DNA of 64,000 nucleotides from Patellaria atrata CBS 101060 (Eukaryota): NCBI GenBank assembly GCA_010093705.1, contig MU006090.1, positions 558,001 to 622,000 of the forward strand, read 5' to 3'. Shown piece by piece: positions 11,339 to 22,027 of this stretch (position 1 is its first letter; each line of letters starts with the position of its first letter). The notes under the pieces were generated by a model. It saw only the letters and a program-made list of their open reading frames with translations, ran no database searches and was not told where the DNA came from. The position numbers and the translations under genes were made by a program.

Positions 11339-11860
11339 ATGCATATTTCTACCTCAATCGCAGTAGTAATTCTCAGCGCGACAATTGTGTTGGCTGCTCC
11401 AACCACTTTTGGTAAGATCCCTGTTTTCCATAATAACAGAATCGCACGAATTCCATAATCAACAATCGCAGACTATAGCAGTGCGGCTGAAAAGAGAGAT
11501 TTACGGCTTGAATTTCATGATGTTGGGTACTCCAGGCTGTACAAAGAGGTCTCTGATAAGGAAGTAAAGAAAAGAGAGCCTCAAGTATAATTTGACGACG
11601 TCGGATACTCAGGACTATGAAAAGATACCGAAAACACCAAAATGGAACCGCAGGTCGAGTTCAATGACATTGGATATGCACACTTGTACAAGGACACTAA
11701 GAAGGAGAAAAGGCCCCCTCAATTGGAATTTCATGACGCAGGTTACTCCAGGCTCTACAATGAGGCCTCCGACGAGAAGATCGTGAAGAGGGAGCCGGAG
11801 CCTCAATTGGAATTTAACGACGTGGAATATTCTAGACTGTATGTACAAGGAGACTACTGA
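11339..11860 (+). pseudogene. Kex2-processed repeat protein (KEP) / dikaritin RiPP precursor with 5 core repeats and two stops in repeat 2
   Basis: Signal peptide MHISTSIAVVILSATIVLA-APTTF and intron 11412-11471 (GTAAGA..CAG). Then DYSSAAE KR DLRLEFHDVGYSRLYKEVSDKEVK KR EPQV*FDDVGYSGL*KDTENT KM EPQVEFNDIGYAHLYKDTKKE KR PPQLEFHDAGYSRLYNEASDEKIV KR EPEPQLEFNDVEYSRLYVQGDY*. Stops at 11588-11590 and 11618-11620. Confidence 0.88.
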
Positions 11861-12412
11861 GACGGATAAGGAAGCGTGAAGTTGCAGTCAATAAACAGTA
11901 CTAGTTGAGCACTGAAAAGAGGCCATAGAGAACTAGGGATCAATGAACATATCACTAATCTACTAGCTGGAATTATCACCCTTTCCCCTTGTCCGGGTAT
12001 TCCTCTCCTACTGTGCAGTACCTCATCAAGCTATCTCTAGTATTACTGTACGGTAGAAACGAAATATAGGGGGAAACCCAATAGACATTTATTTACGCAT
12101 GCTCCCCTAACGCGCCCTAAATATTACATAAAGGTAATGAGAACGTATAAAGGATTTCAAAGTGTACGCGAGACTTGGCGGTACCGATACTGGATATATC
12201 TTAGTTCTTCGAGTAGAACAGCATGCTAGCAGTAGATTAGAAGACAGTGACTGAGAAATACTAACTATTCAAGGGGAGGATATCCTTGAATGAATCAAGA
12301 AGACTTAGAGGTGCGCTTTTCAATGGCAAGTTATCAACAATCATGTAGTGTGCTGTGGCAATATGAAGTATTGAAATATATACAAGAACATCCTCACAGT
12401 CCACTTTTGCGA

Positions 12413-13148
12413 TCATCTACCAGTCCAGAGAGGTGGTCCGGGATATGTGTACGGACCCTTTGCACTATAAATATTCAAACTCAACCCAGGGTCACTCATC
12501 GAATATGCGCCTGGGAAGGAAACAAGGTTCGTCGGTCTCCCTGATCCACCACCGGTCACGCTCACCTGCGCGCATGCCAGATAAAATTGTGGTTTGCCCG
12601 CAATATGCAACCCTATATGCTCTCCACGGATCAAGTACTGTCCACTGGGTAGAGCCGCCGGAATAGTGGTAAAAAATTCAGACATGTTTGTCTCGAATTG
12701 CGGATAATCCGTACCAATGCTTCCGGATTGCGAAATTTTGAACCAGACTGCACCAGATCCATCCCAGGTCGTCACATCCTGGCCTGCGGGGACTTTCGCC
12801 ATGTAGAAAAGAATGGGACCTGGATGGCCCATGCTATTGTTGGATTTGAATCCGAACTTTGAACCTGCCGCCACTGTGAGGACCTTGGCAGAATCTCGCG
12901 TAGCAGCTTCGTAACAGCGAATCTGGGGATCTGAGACATTTTCCACCGGGGCGGAGGACCAGTGATTTGTCGTCATTCGTACGAATTCCCATTCCGTAGA
13001 GGTAACGCCATTAGAAATCGTCTTGCCGAAGCTATCTAAACACAAGAGGTTAGACTCGAAATATGAATGACAGATGTCGGTCGGGAGAATTACAGTGGGC
13101 GAAAACGCCTGATGAGGAGGCAAGTGTAAAGAGAGCTGATGTCTTCAT
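12413..13148 (-). CDS. AA9 (GH61) lytic polysaccharide monooxygenase
   Basis: MKTSALFTLASSSGVFA-H, with intron 13093-13036 giving mature N-terminus HYSFGKT (His-brace His1). Further motifs IRCY, GHPGP..YMAKVP, WDGSGAVWFKI, GQYLIRGEHIGLH, QFYLACAQV, VSFPGAY, YPGP. No CBM1. Confidence 0.95.
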
Positions 13149-14096
13149 ATTCGCACCTTTCGTATTCTTTTCTAGAGTTTTCTAAAAGGGAAAGTCGTTG
13201 AAAGCATTAGCAAATAGCGCCTTCTGAGGAACAATCGTACCCAGGACGGGATTTATAGCCATGCAACGCTGGTACTACTTTCTGATGTTTTCGGGGAAAT
13301 CAATTCTTGAAACAACTAGCATCTCATATGATAGCATTGGATGACGACCCATCACTTCAGGTTGACAAAGATCGGAGGCCATTTTTCCGGAAATGAAGAG
13401 AAAATGCCGCTTGTAGGGTACTACCTCAATCCATCCTACTAGTGGAATAAATAAACAGAAATTTGAATTACAGTAGGTAGAGAAAGTAATAAGGTATTGT
13501 AGAAGGAAAGTTTATCGAAATTTGTGAGTGTCTCCGGCTACTCGGATTAAGTAGAAAGCGGCCCGCTACACCCGTAGTTTGAAATAAAAAGAAATCTCAG
13601 ACTAATGCAGCTTTGCGCCGGTTTGCTCGAATCTTAATCTATACGTCAAAGAGATCATCTTTAGCAACGGATGAAATGATCAAATTTAGGAGGAGATACC
13701 CAGGACAAAAGTTTACTTCTCCGTATCTGCATCTATTGAAAGGGAATTTATATGGTCACTTACCTTAGTGTGACACTTTCCTGAATACAACCCCGTATAA
13801 GTTCCCTAAGGAACAAACCTCAGAGGCTAACTGTGACCTTGAATCTGAACAGTTGCTGCTTTGCTTAACCTGGGAAATGTGTGGCCAGGAAAGTGTAAAA
13901 CCAAATGTCCATATCAACCCCCTGCTCATGGTATTGCAGTGTGTCGTCCTATTGACAACTCTAGAGTGGATGTTTCAGTCCTGATTGCCGTATTGAAATT
14001 AGCCTCTGCACCGTAAGACGCTAAAGTTCGTTAAGCATACTAGTAAAATCGGGTAGTCTAGGGAGTAGATAGAAATGTTCTGACAGTAGGAGATAT

Positions 14097-16210
14097 TCAG
14101 ACGAGTCCTACGGTTTCTTCTTACCCTCTCGCAAACCACTCCTTATCCCTCGCTATGAATGCCCTTAAACGATGGAAGTTACTATCCTTCGATTAGCGAA
14201 GCCAAAGTCCTTCTTGGGAAATGATAGGAAGACACCAGGTCTGCAGTGGAAGATCATCGTTTGTGTCACGTAGTGCTATTTCTACGACATGTTTTGACTC
14301 ACATAAGTCGTCGTCGCAGTCACCAACAACATGTGAAAGTAGATTCACCATTCTTTAGCCCATTCTCAAATAGCGAATGCGTCTCCACTCAATAGGTGAG
14401 TAAGAAATGGGATTCAGCGAATATCTAACAGGTTTGATAATACCACTAAGTGTAAGTCGAAACGCATCAAGCGGGATGTGAGCCCGAATAGGGTCAAAGT
14501 GGGCTACTGCTGCATGGAGTCCACATATTTGAACACGGATGTTATCGGGATTCATGAAGGTGTTGTTATCTCTTTCACTGTAATATTGTGAAAGTATTGA
14601 ACCTTCCACGGATGCCCAAGACCATGACGGAGCTTGGAAGTGTTGGATTGAATGCATTGGTGGGAGAAGATGGTAGTCGCCCGGAGACCAGTCTTGCCTC
14701 CATAATAGTCCTCAAAGTATATCAGTTTCCCATAGTCCAAGAATATAACGTTCCCTAATCAACTTCTGAGCGCGCTGAGCAATTCCCGCGATTGCTGTGA
14801 GTTTATCAAAAGGGTTTCCACATTGTCGTCTGGTATGTGCTTGAATCATTCTGTACCATTGTGATAGCATACGCAAGCGTAAATTTGGTGTCGTAGGTTC
14901 CCCCGAATCAAATGTTACCCGGGGGGAATATTGGACAATCCAACTACTTTATTCTATTGCGCAAGTAAAACTGATCCATCTTCCCAGACCTCTGTTCTTT
15001 TGCATTTGTTTACTATTTGCTTTTGGGCGAAGATAAGTGATTCAGGACTTAGGACATCTTCTTGCAGTGTTCATGCCCGTCGCAAAATAGGGCCAACATA
15101 GTGGTTTGAAGGAAGTTACGCGTATAAACTGCCTGCTTCGATATATCTATCACCTGCTAAATCCGGGCGACTATATGCGATTCGAATAGACTTTGCAGTA
15201 GGTTGAGCTCTATTTGCTTAGAAAACCATTTCGACTGTCATAAACGGAGCCCGCAATAATTGTGAGCTGCGCGTTACCGTAGTAGTCTGCCGTCTTCAGC
15301 CCTTTCCTATTGAGATCATTATCTCCTGTTTCTAATTCTCCCTCCAGTTTTTGAATAATGCAAAACGCATCGACCCAGAGATACCTTGCACGTACCAACC
15401 TTGCTATATTAAGAGCATCCCCGACAGTTTTTTACAACCTGTGCTAGATCGATACCATTGGCCCTGAATCCATCAATGGTTTTTCTAGTTGTTTTGTATG
15501 TCTGGTTTGCACTACAACAGTAAGATAATCCACAGTATTGTCTTTGCTACCCTTAAGTCTCTACAAGAAGCGGTCTTAAGCTTTTGTCCATAGGCTTGAG
15601 GTCTAACACCCTGGTGGGAAGCGGTACGTTTTCTGTAGTCAAGCATTCGCGGTATTGCTTACATCGAGACAAGCGTTGCTGAATTATCGAAATGGACGAA
15701 TCGGTATGGGGTGATGGGGCTGTTTTACGTCCAGGAAAGTACTTTCCGGCTGGATCACCTAGATGTCTTTCAAAATTTGACGCTATCATGACACCCACCT
15801 TCTGAAAGTAGGTACCGTTCTCGTACTCCGTATTGGATTAGCGTATAGTCTAAGCTTCCCGTTTACGCTCGTCTCGTTATCTGGTCCTGAGAAGACCCAT
15901 ATGTAGCTCATGTTTACACCTCCGTCTGATATTGGTGTACTCGTATTATGAAGCTCGCCACGCAGGCGGATAGCGGTGTCAGTGTTGTCGGAATCATGTG
16001 CCGGATGCCGGCAAATATATTCGACCTTCTAGCTGAACAAGCGATGCTCTCAGGTGTACAGTAGTCCACTAGACTATACCAAAATAGTGTACAGAAAGGA
16101 CATGTCGAGGAAGATGTCTTCAAAGCTGCTAAACTATGCTGATGTTGAAAATCACAGACCCCCAGGATAGCGACATTGATTGGTTTGCAAAGTCCACATA
16201 ATTCTGCCAT
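14097..16210 (-). pseudogene. HET-domain (heterokaryon incompatibility) protein pseudogene
   Basis: Collinear fragments across frames: MAELCGLC..SSSTCPFCTLFW, PLPTRVLDL, YLWVDAFCIIQ, YYGNAQLTIIAG, RA*TLQE (TGA at 15071-15073), APSWSWASVEG and terminal WFARG*EETVGLV*. Many stops and frameshifts. Confidence 0.9.
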
Positions 16211-18543
16211 TGAAGGTATTTACCCAACATAAAGAGAATGGTAAGGTAGTTCTACGGTAACTGAGAGTCTGAGAGGGAATTGCCTCCAAGGGCTCACTGC
16301 CTAGCGGACAAGGGGTAGAACTTGCGGGCCAAGGGGGCCAAGACTCTCCCGTTCAACAGCCTTGCCTTAGTTCCACGCGTTCTAAAGCCAATCTAAAATC
16401 AACGACAGACGTAAGGTTGATACTCTCCGTGTATCTCCCAGATCACCTTCATTCTATGCATTAAGAAAACCCATTAAGTTAATCCCCGAAGGCCGTAGAG
16501 GAAGTTCCTGGAATATCTATTCAAGATATGTACCGAATGTTTTGCGAACGTTTACAGTGGAGTTCACATGGCTGTTTGATTCGGTTCCCATTAAGAGTTT
16601 ATAACTTGGAGACGGTTCGTTCCGGGCCATAATCTCGAGTGAAAAGACATCCAAATATCTATTGACTATATGAAGGATACGAGATTTCGTCCAGCTTATC
16701 ACTCACCCACCCATAATAGACCGCATTCTAGAGGAGAAGGAATGTATAATGTATGAGAGGTGCAATACTGGAAGTTGGGTGTTTGGCTTCCGCTTTCTGA
16801 CTGCAAGTGAACTACGAGTGCCGGGATTGTCAATCGTAACTTTCTCAGTTCATATTCCAAGTTAGTTTCGTTTCTCTAATCAGCCCGGGGTCCCAGGTCT
16901 TACATGTGCAAAGATATTTTCACCTCCCTGCGGGGAAAGCTTTAAAATGTACGAGTAATGCCCCGGCCGTACATAAGAGTTTGACCGTTTAGAGGACTTG
17001 AAACCGTTGAGGCCGATTAAAAACTACAAGGTCAGCAGTCTACCAGCAGTTGTTTGCAATCGTACTATATAGAGCTCGAGGAATACCATCCACAATGAGA
17101 GAGATGGAGAATTTGAGAGTGGTTTGAAATATCACCCGTCTATCTTGCACAAAATTCAGTTCCTCTATCTTTGTTGTAGTAATACTGGACTTCTATACGA
17201 TTACTCTTGGGGATAATCTCCGGCTCCACTATCCATGTTGAGCTATGTTCATACGAGGAGCGTAAGATGTAGGTTCGACAGTAACCCGGTGCTGTAGAGC
17301 ATATTTACGGTAGACGAGGAGTGTCAACAATGATGTAAATCTTAAAAGCTTGAAGCCGTATGAAGGTATCTGTTCTATGCTGTTAGCAATGTGCCATTCG
17401 AACCGTATGGATTCGTGCACTGAATGTCCTTCCTTTCACAAATAAGCATTAACGCAAATGGGTAAGAGACATTTTCCCTCCTTGCCATGGGCAGTACTTA
17501 CCTAAGGAACTGTACGTTCACTACCAAAAGGCCTGCTGACTTGACTATATAGGGAAGTCGGTAGTGTGCGATGGAACGCTTAGCATACCTAGCACTTCAC
17601 AGTATAGACAATAGAGGATATTTGATGCTGCATATGCAGCATTCAGCCCGAACCCCTTCAGTGAACGTATATCACCTCGGTGGAGATGGAAGTATGAGAC
17701 GACAGTCCCTCGAAAGTTAGCAACTGCAACCGATTGTTGTGCCGTTAGGGAAGGAGGATACATGCTACTGAATTTGACTCGATGACCTGGCGGGATCGAT
17801 ATGTATTATCGCAATCACCCAAACCGTTGCAACAGGTAACTCAAAATTTCTGTAACTTAAAACCTTTTTTTAGGACTGTCATGATCCTAGGTTTTCCATA
17901 TCGAGTAAGTAATAGGAAACCCATGGTACTATAACCGGATGTGTTCGTACCTTTCATGCTGACGGTCTCGGTACCAACAATATTTTTCTTGTCTGTGGGT
18001 CACATCACCTGTCAATTGTGACTTGACCGACACTATCATGTTAGACTGTCAAAACTATCACACATAGTAACAGTTAGGAATTCAGGACGATAATTATCCC
18101 AGGTTTACAAGCTACTATCTTCGTATAACTACCACAATGCGCATAGTAAGAGTACTGTTAAATCCTGGATACATTCCAATACTTCCTTTTAGAGACAATA
18201 GCACGACTGGTACAGTACCACTTCTCTCGTCTTTCATTCATGGATACCCAAGTCTTCGCTGTTTCGAAGCTCCACTCTCTTATCTGTACAGCTCCGCGCT
18301 GCTCCACACAGTACCAATGTTCTCCTTCGCTTAGCGGCTGCGTGTCATTCAACTACTCTTTTCTTCCTCCACCCTCTGTTTCTCTTTTCTTTTCTTCTTT
18401 GCCCTGGTCGCTCCAGGGCATTTTCGGTACATTTTTGCTAACACGTCCTATAGATCATTACTACGACCGAAGATTCTCATTGTCGACTCGATTGACATAG
18501 TTAAGTACTTATTTTCGGGTATTTTGCTAATTCGTCCTCAGAG

Positions 18544-19170
18544 ATGGCTTCTTCTAAGATACCTAAGGCTATTCACGGTATTTCCGTCCGCTTGTCTAAC
18601 CAACGACGGACGAGGTTAACTTCAGAGTTAACATACACCAAAATCCCTCGTCCGACATATATCGTCCCGCGAGCGACAAGTCGTGTATTCCGCCGTAATT
18701 CGGCGTCACAGTCTCGAGCTTCCTCTCGAATTCCCGCACCCTCGTTTGCTTTACCTCGAGCTTCAGCCCGAGTGTACATTTGTTCAGCAGGTAAGTCATC
18801 CTGTACCAAAAGGCTAACAGTTACAGCACCTGTCGCTACAGTGACCCCACCCGTAATACATTTTCCATCAGGAAAGTATATTCCTAAACATAGGCTGCTC
18901 TCCTCAAAGAACATTAAGAGTGCATTACGTACTGGCTCTAAGCCAGTACATAGTGTCTCTTATACTGATGAAAATTTTAACATTCCTTTAGTCACGGCGG
19001 TCATAGTACAACCTAGATGGATCAGGGACTCCTGGTCCAAAAGGGACGTCACATGGTATCTAGAAGACTGGCTCGACCGAGCCACTGATCTTTACTCTTT
19101 TTTCAATAAATCTTTTGAACGTGGAGAAATCCACCGAACTTTCTGCTGGCGCTGCCAGTATACTGACTAA
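18544..19170 (+). CDS. Orphan basic protein (208 aa), intact paralog of the 7440-8647 pseudogene
   Basis: Open frame preceded by 5'-UTR-like intron ends (GCTAACACGTCCTATAG; GTTAAGT..GCTAATTCGTCCTCAG|AG ATG). Amino-acid similarity to a second locus in this window supports a real gene family. Confidence 0.65.
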   Translation: MASSKIPKAIHGISVRLSNQRRTRLTSELTYTKIPRPTYIVPRATSRVFRRNSASQSRASSRIPAPSFALPRASARVYICSAGKSSCTKRLTVTAPVATVTPPVIHFPSGKYIPKHRLLSSKNIKSALRTGSKPVHSVSYTDENFNIPLVTAVIVQPRWIRDSWSKRDVTWYLEDWLDRATDLYSFFNKSFERGEIHRTFCWRCQYTD

Positions 19171-19554
19171 CTTTTATTCCTTCCTTTATACTGATCCTCG
19201 CCCCCATTCGTTTACACTGCGGCTTTACTTTGTTTTTCTTTTTTTTCGACGGACGGCTCTTCTTCTCGGCTCTTATTTATTCATTATGCCCAATAGGTCT
19301 ACCGGCCGCTCAAAAAAATTTCAAAAGGTATTGCAAAAAAAATCACGAAAGGGAAAAAAAGAGGTACACTTTTCGGGTCCGGCCACCATACTAATACCAT
19401 ATACTCGGTGACGTTTAGCCACCATACTTGGGTCTGTTTCTTCTGGGAGGCGTTTAGGTTATCTGCAGTGAGTGTTCGACGCTTTGGTCGATTCATTGAT
19501 GCTCTATAGATTCATTTGTCGCCCTCGTGTGGCACCGGGGAGGAATACTCAGTC

Positions 19555-19710
19555 AAAAACCCCCCGGCGTGTGGAGATCGTCTTAGGAAGGAAACCCTAA
19601 CCAAAAACCCCCTGGTAAGGCGGAAGGTTCCTCAGGATGGCAAAAACCTGATCAAAATTCCCTGGCGTGTGGAGACCGTCCTAGGATGGAAAACCTAGCA
19701 AAAACCCCGG
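19555..19710. repeat. About 48-bp degenerate tandem repeat, 3 copies plus a partial
   Basis: Units start near 19555, 19603, 19654 and 19700; consensus AAAAnCCCyGGCGTGTGGAGAyCGTCyTAGGAwGGAAAmCCTA. Confidence 0.75.
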
Positions 19711-19712
19711 TG

Positions 19713-20195
19713 GTTCGTTTCTTTTTTCTGTTTTTTTTTTTTTGGTGACTGCTAACCCTTGATACTGACTACACAGCTAGTTTCCCTTTCCGAATTGGAC
19801 CTGGGTTTCCCCTTTGCCTAGATGGAGCTGGAGCTGGACCTGGATCTGGATTTCCCTTACCCTGGACTGGACGTGGACCAGGACCTGGATTTGCTTTTTA
19901 TTGTTGACTGCTAACCGATTTACTAACTGTACAGCTTAGGTTTTTCTCTCTTCCGGGACGCCGGTTCGATTTCTTTCGTTTACTTTTCTGTGGTGTTGCT
20001 AACCGATATACTGACTGTGTACAGCTAGGTCTTTTCGCCGGTATTCTGTTTTTGCTTCTGTTTTTGTGGTGACTGCTAACTGTGATACTAACTGTACAGC
20101 TAGGTTCCCTTTACTACCCTGCTGGCCAGCGTAGTTTTCGTTTTGTATTTCTTTTTGTGACCGCTAACCTTGACGTACTGATGCTATAGCTAGGT
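19713..20195 (+). repeat. Tandem array A: five intron-like units ending GCTAAC..TACTRAC..YAG|CTAG
   Basis: Acceptor-like ends at 19776, 19934, 20024, 20099 and 20189, each preceded by a T-rich tract and two branch-point-like motifs. Donor-like GTTCGT (19713), GTTCGA (~19964) and GTATTC (20041). Confidence 0.7.
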
Positions 20196-20220
20196 TTCTT
20201 TCTCGATTTTGGGATTTCTT

Positions 20221-21700
20221 GATGAGAGGTGCACAGCGGCGTGGCGGTGGATGGTGGATTAATTTTATTCGACAAAAAGTTGATGTCCTCATTAATTGTT
20301 CATGCTGAATGAGAGTTAGCAAGCCTTAGATTTTTCTTTTTTTGGAGTCCTGTTTCCTCCGGCCTAATTTTCCTCTTACTTTATATCCACTTATCTTTGG
20401 AATCTTCCTTTACCGGCATGTTCCAGTCCTCTATTTATACCTCTTACCTTAACGAGGTCCTCCTCTCTATATCCTGGTACTTCTTGTGAATCTTGGTGTG
20501 TATTTTGTTTGCTTCTGTATCGTTTTCTGGTGACCACTTTTTTTCTTCTAGGTTTTTTTCTCTTATCTTTACCTTGTATATAACATACTCTTATATAAGA
20601 TTTATCCCTCAATCTCGATATACCTTTCTCCGAACGTACCTCCTGCGAACGTACCTCCGGCGAATGTATCGCGTGCGAACGTACCTTCTACTTTCTCAAG
20701 GGCCTACTGATGAGAGGTGCACGGCGGCACGGTGGTGGATGGTTGTCTAATTTTCAAAATTAAAACAGTTGGTGTCCCTTCCCATCTTTCCTTCCTCTCC
20801 CTATGTCTGAACTGAAGCTAACCAGTCATAGATACCTTTTGGTCTGGATCAATCTTTTCCGTTCAGACGTTTTTCGATGAGGAGGTGCACGGTGGCACGG
20901 TGGTGGATGGTGATCTGATTTTCAAAACTAAACAGTTGGCGTCCCTTTACCGTTTCCTTCCTCTCCTTTTACTTCTAACTCAAGGCTAACCGATCACAGA
21001 ATTATTTTACGTATTTCTATTACTCAAATTCTTCTTGTCGACTTCGGAATTTTCGATGAGGAGCTGCATCTCGGCAGGGTGGAGGATGGTGGCTTAATAT
21101 TGTTTGACCATACTGTGAGTGTCCCTTTCCTGTCTCTCATTTACAGCATCCTTATTTGTATCAACGACTAATTAGTTATAGGCCTCTTTTCTTGGTACAA
21201 CATTCTATCTCAAGTTTCAGCGTATTACTTCCTGCTCTATTGTTCCTCCTCCGATATTCTCCTCCACTCACCTCACTCGACTATCGGCCGCCAATTTCAC
21301 AGCTATCTTCAAGGCTTCTTATACTACGGATCTTTTGAGAGGGTGCAGAAAGGCACAAGCGAGAATGGCGACCTCAATTATCCACCGAAAATGAATTATC
21401 CTTTTCTCTCTTCTCAGTGCCTAAACATCTGAATCAAAACTAACCGATGCTAAAATCCTCCTCTTCAACAACCTCTTTTTCAAAAACCTTCTCTCTAAAA
21501 GCATCCTCTTCAAAAACCTCCTCTCCAAAAAAAAACCAAATACAAAGTCCTCGAAATCTTCGTTACTCCAAGCCTCAACGACGAAAAGGTGCAACAACGG
21601 CACGGCGGAGGATGGTGGTCAGATCTTTTCTTTGTAGATAATGAGTATCCACCGTCACGCTTCTCCAATTCACATGACCAGTGCTAACCAACCTAGAATT
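20221..21700 (+). repeat. Tandem array B: six exon-plus-intron-like units with core GATGAG(G)AGGTGCACGGyGGCACGGTGGTGGATGGT
   Basis: Core at about 20221, 20709, 20876, 21055, 21336 and 21580. Several are followed by intron-like segments, e.g. 20768-20831, 20935-20999 and 21115-21181. Confidence 0.75.
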
Positions 21701-22027
21701 TTCTTGTCTTTGCTGCACGAGCGTTTGTTGTGGGAAGTGGTAGAGGGGGATGGGGGTGTTGTCTGGGGGGTAGAGAGGGTGAAACCAAATCCTAAAAAAA
21801 ACAACACAAAAGAAAAAGCTGGTGGCCAGACAGCGTCTTAGTAGATAGTGAGCATCCATCATCAAACTCCGATTCACCAACCAGTGCTAACGAGCTATGC
21901 TTTTCTTATGTTTGTTTGTAGGAAGTGGTCGAGGAGGAGAAGGGCAGTTGTTGAGGCGGTATAGGGACATAGGGGGTGGTTGTCGAGAGGGTATAAGGTG
22001 TAACACAAAACAAAAACGAAAAACACC

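Noticed and set aside
11642..11860. 72-aa ORF MEPQVEF.. as a stand-alone gene
   Set aside because: Its Met is the altered KR site (KM) of repeat 3 and it has no signal peptide. It is the tail of the precursor that starts at 11339.
11339..11860. Alpha-type mating pheromone precursor interpretation
   Set aside because: The KR/XP architecture is shared, but the repeats lack the WC..GQPC/W-type ascomycete alpha-pheromone pattern and the gene is paired with a DUF3328 oxidase.
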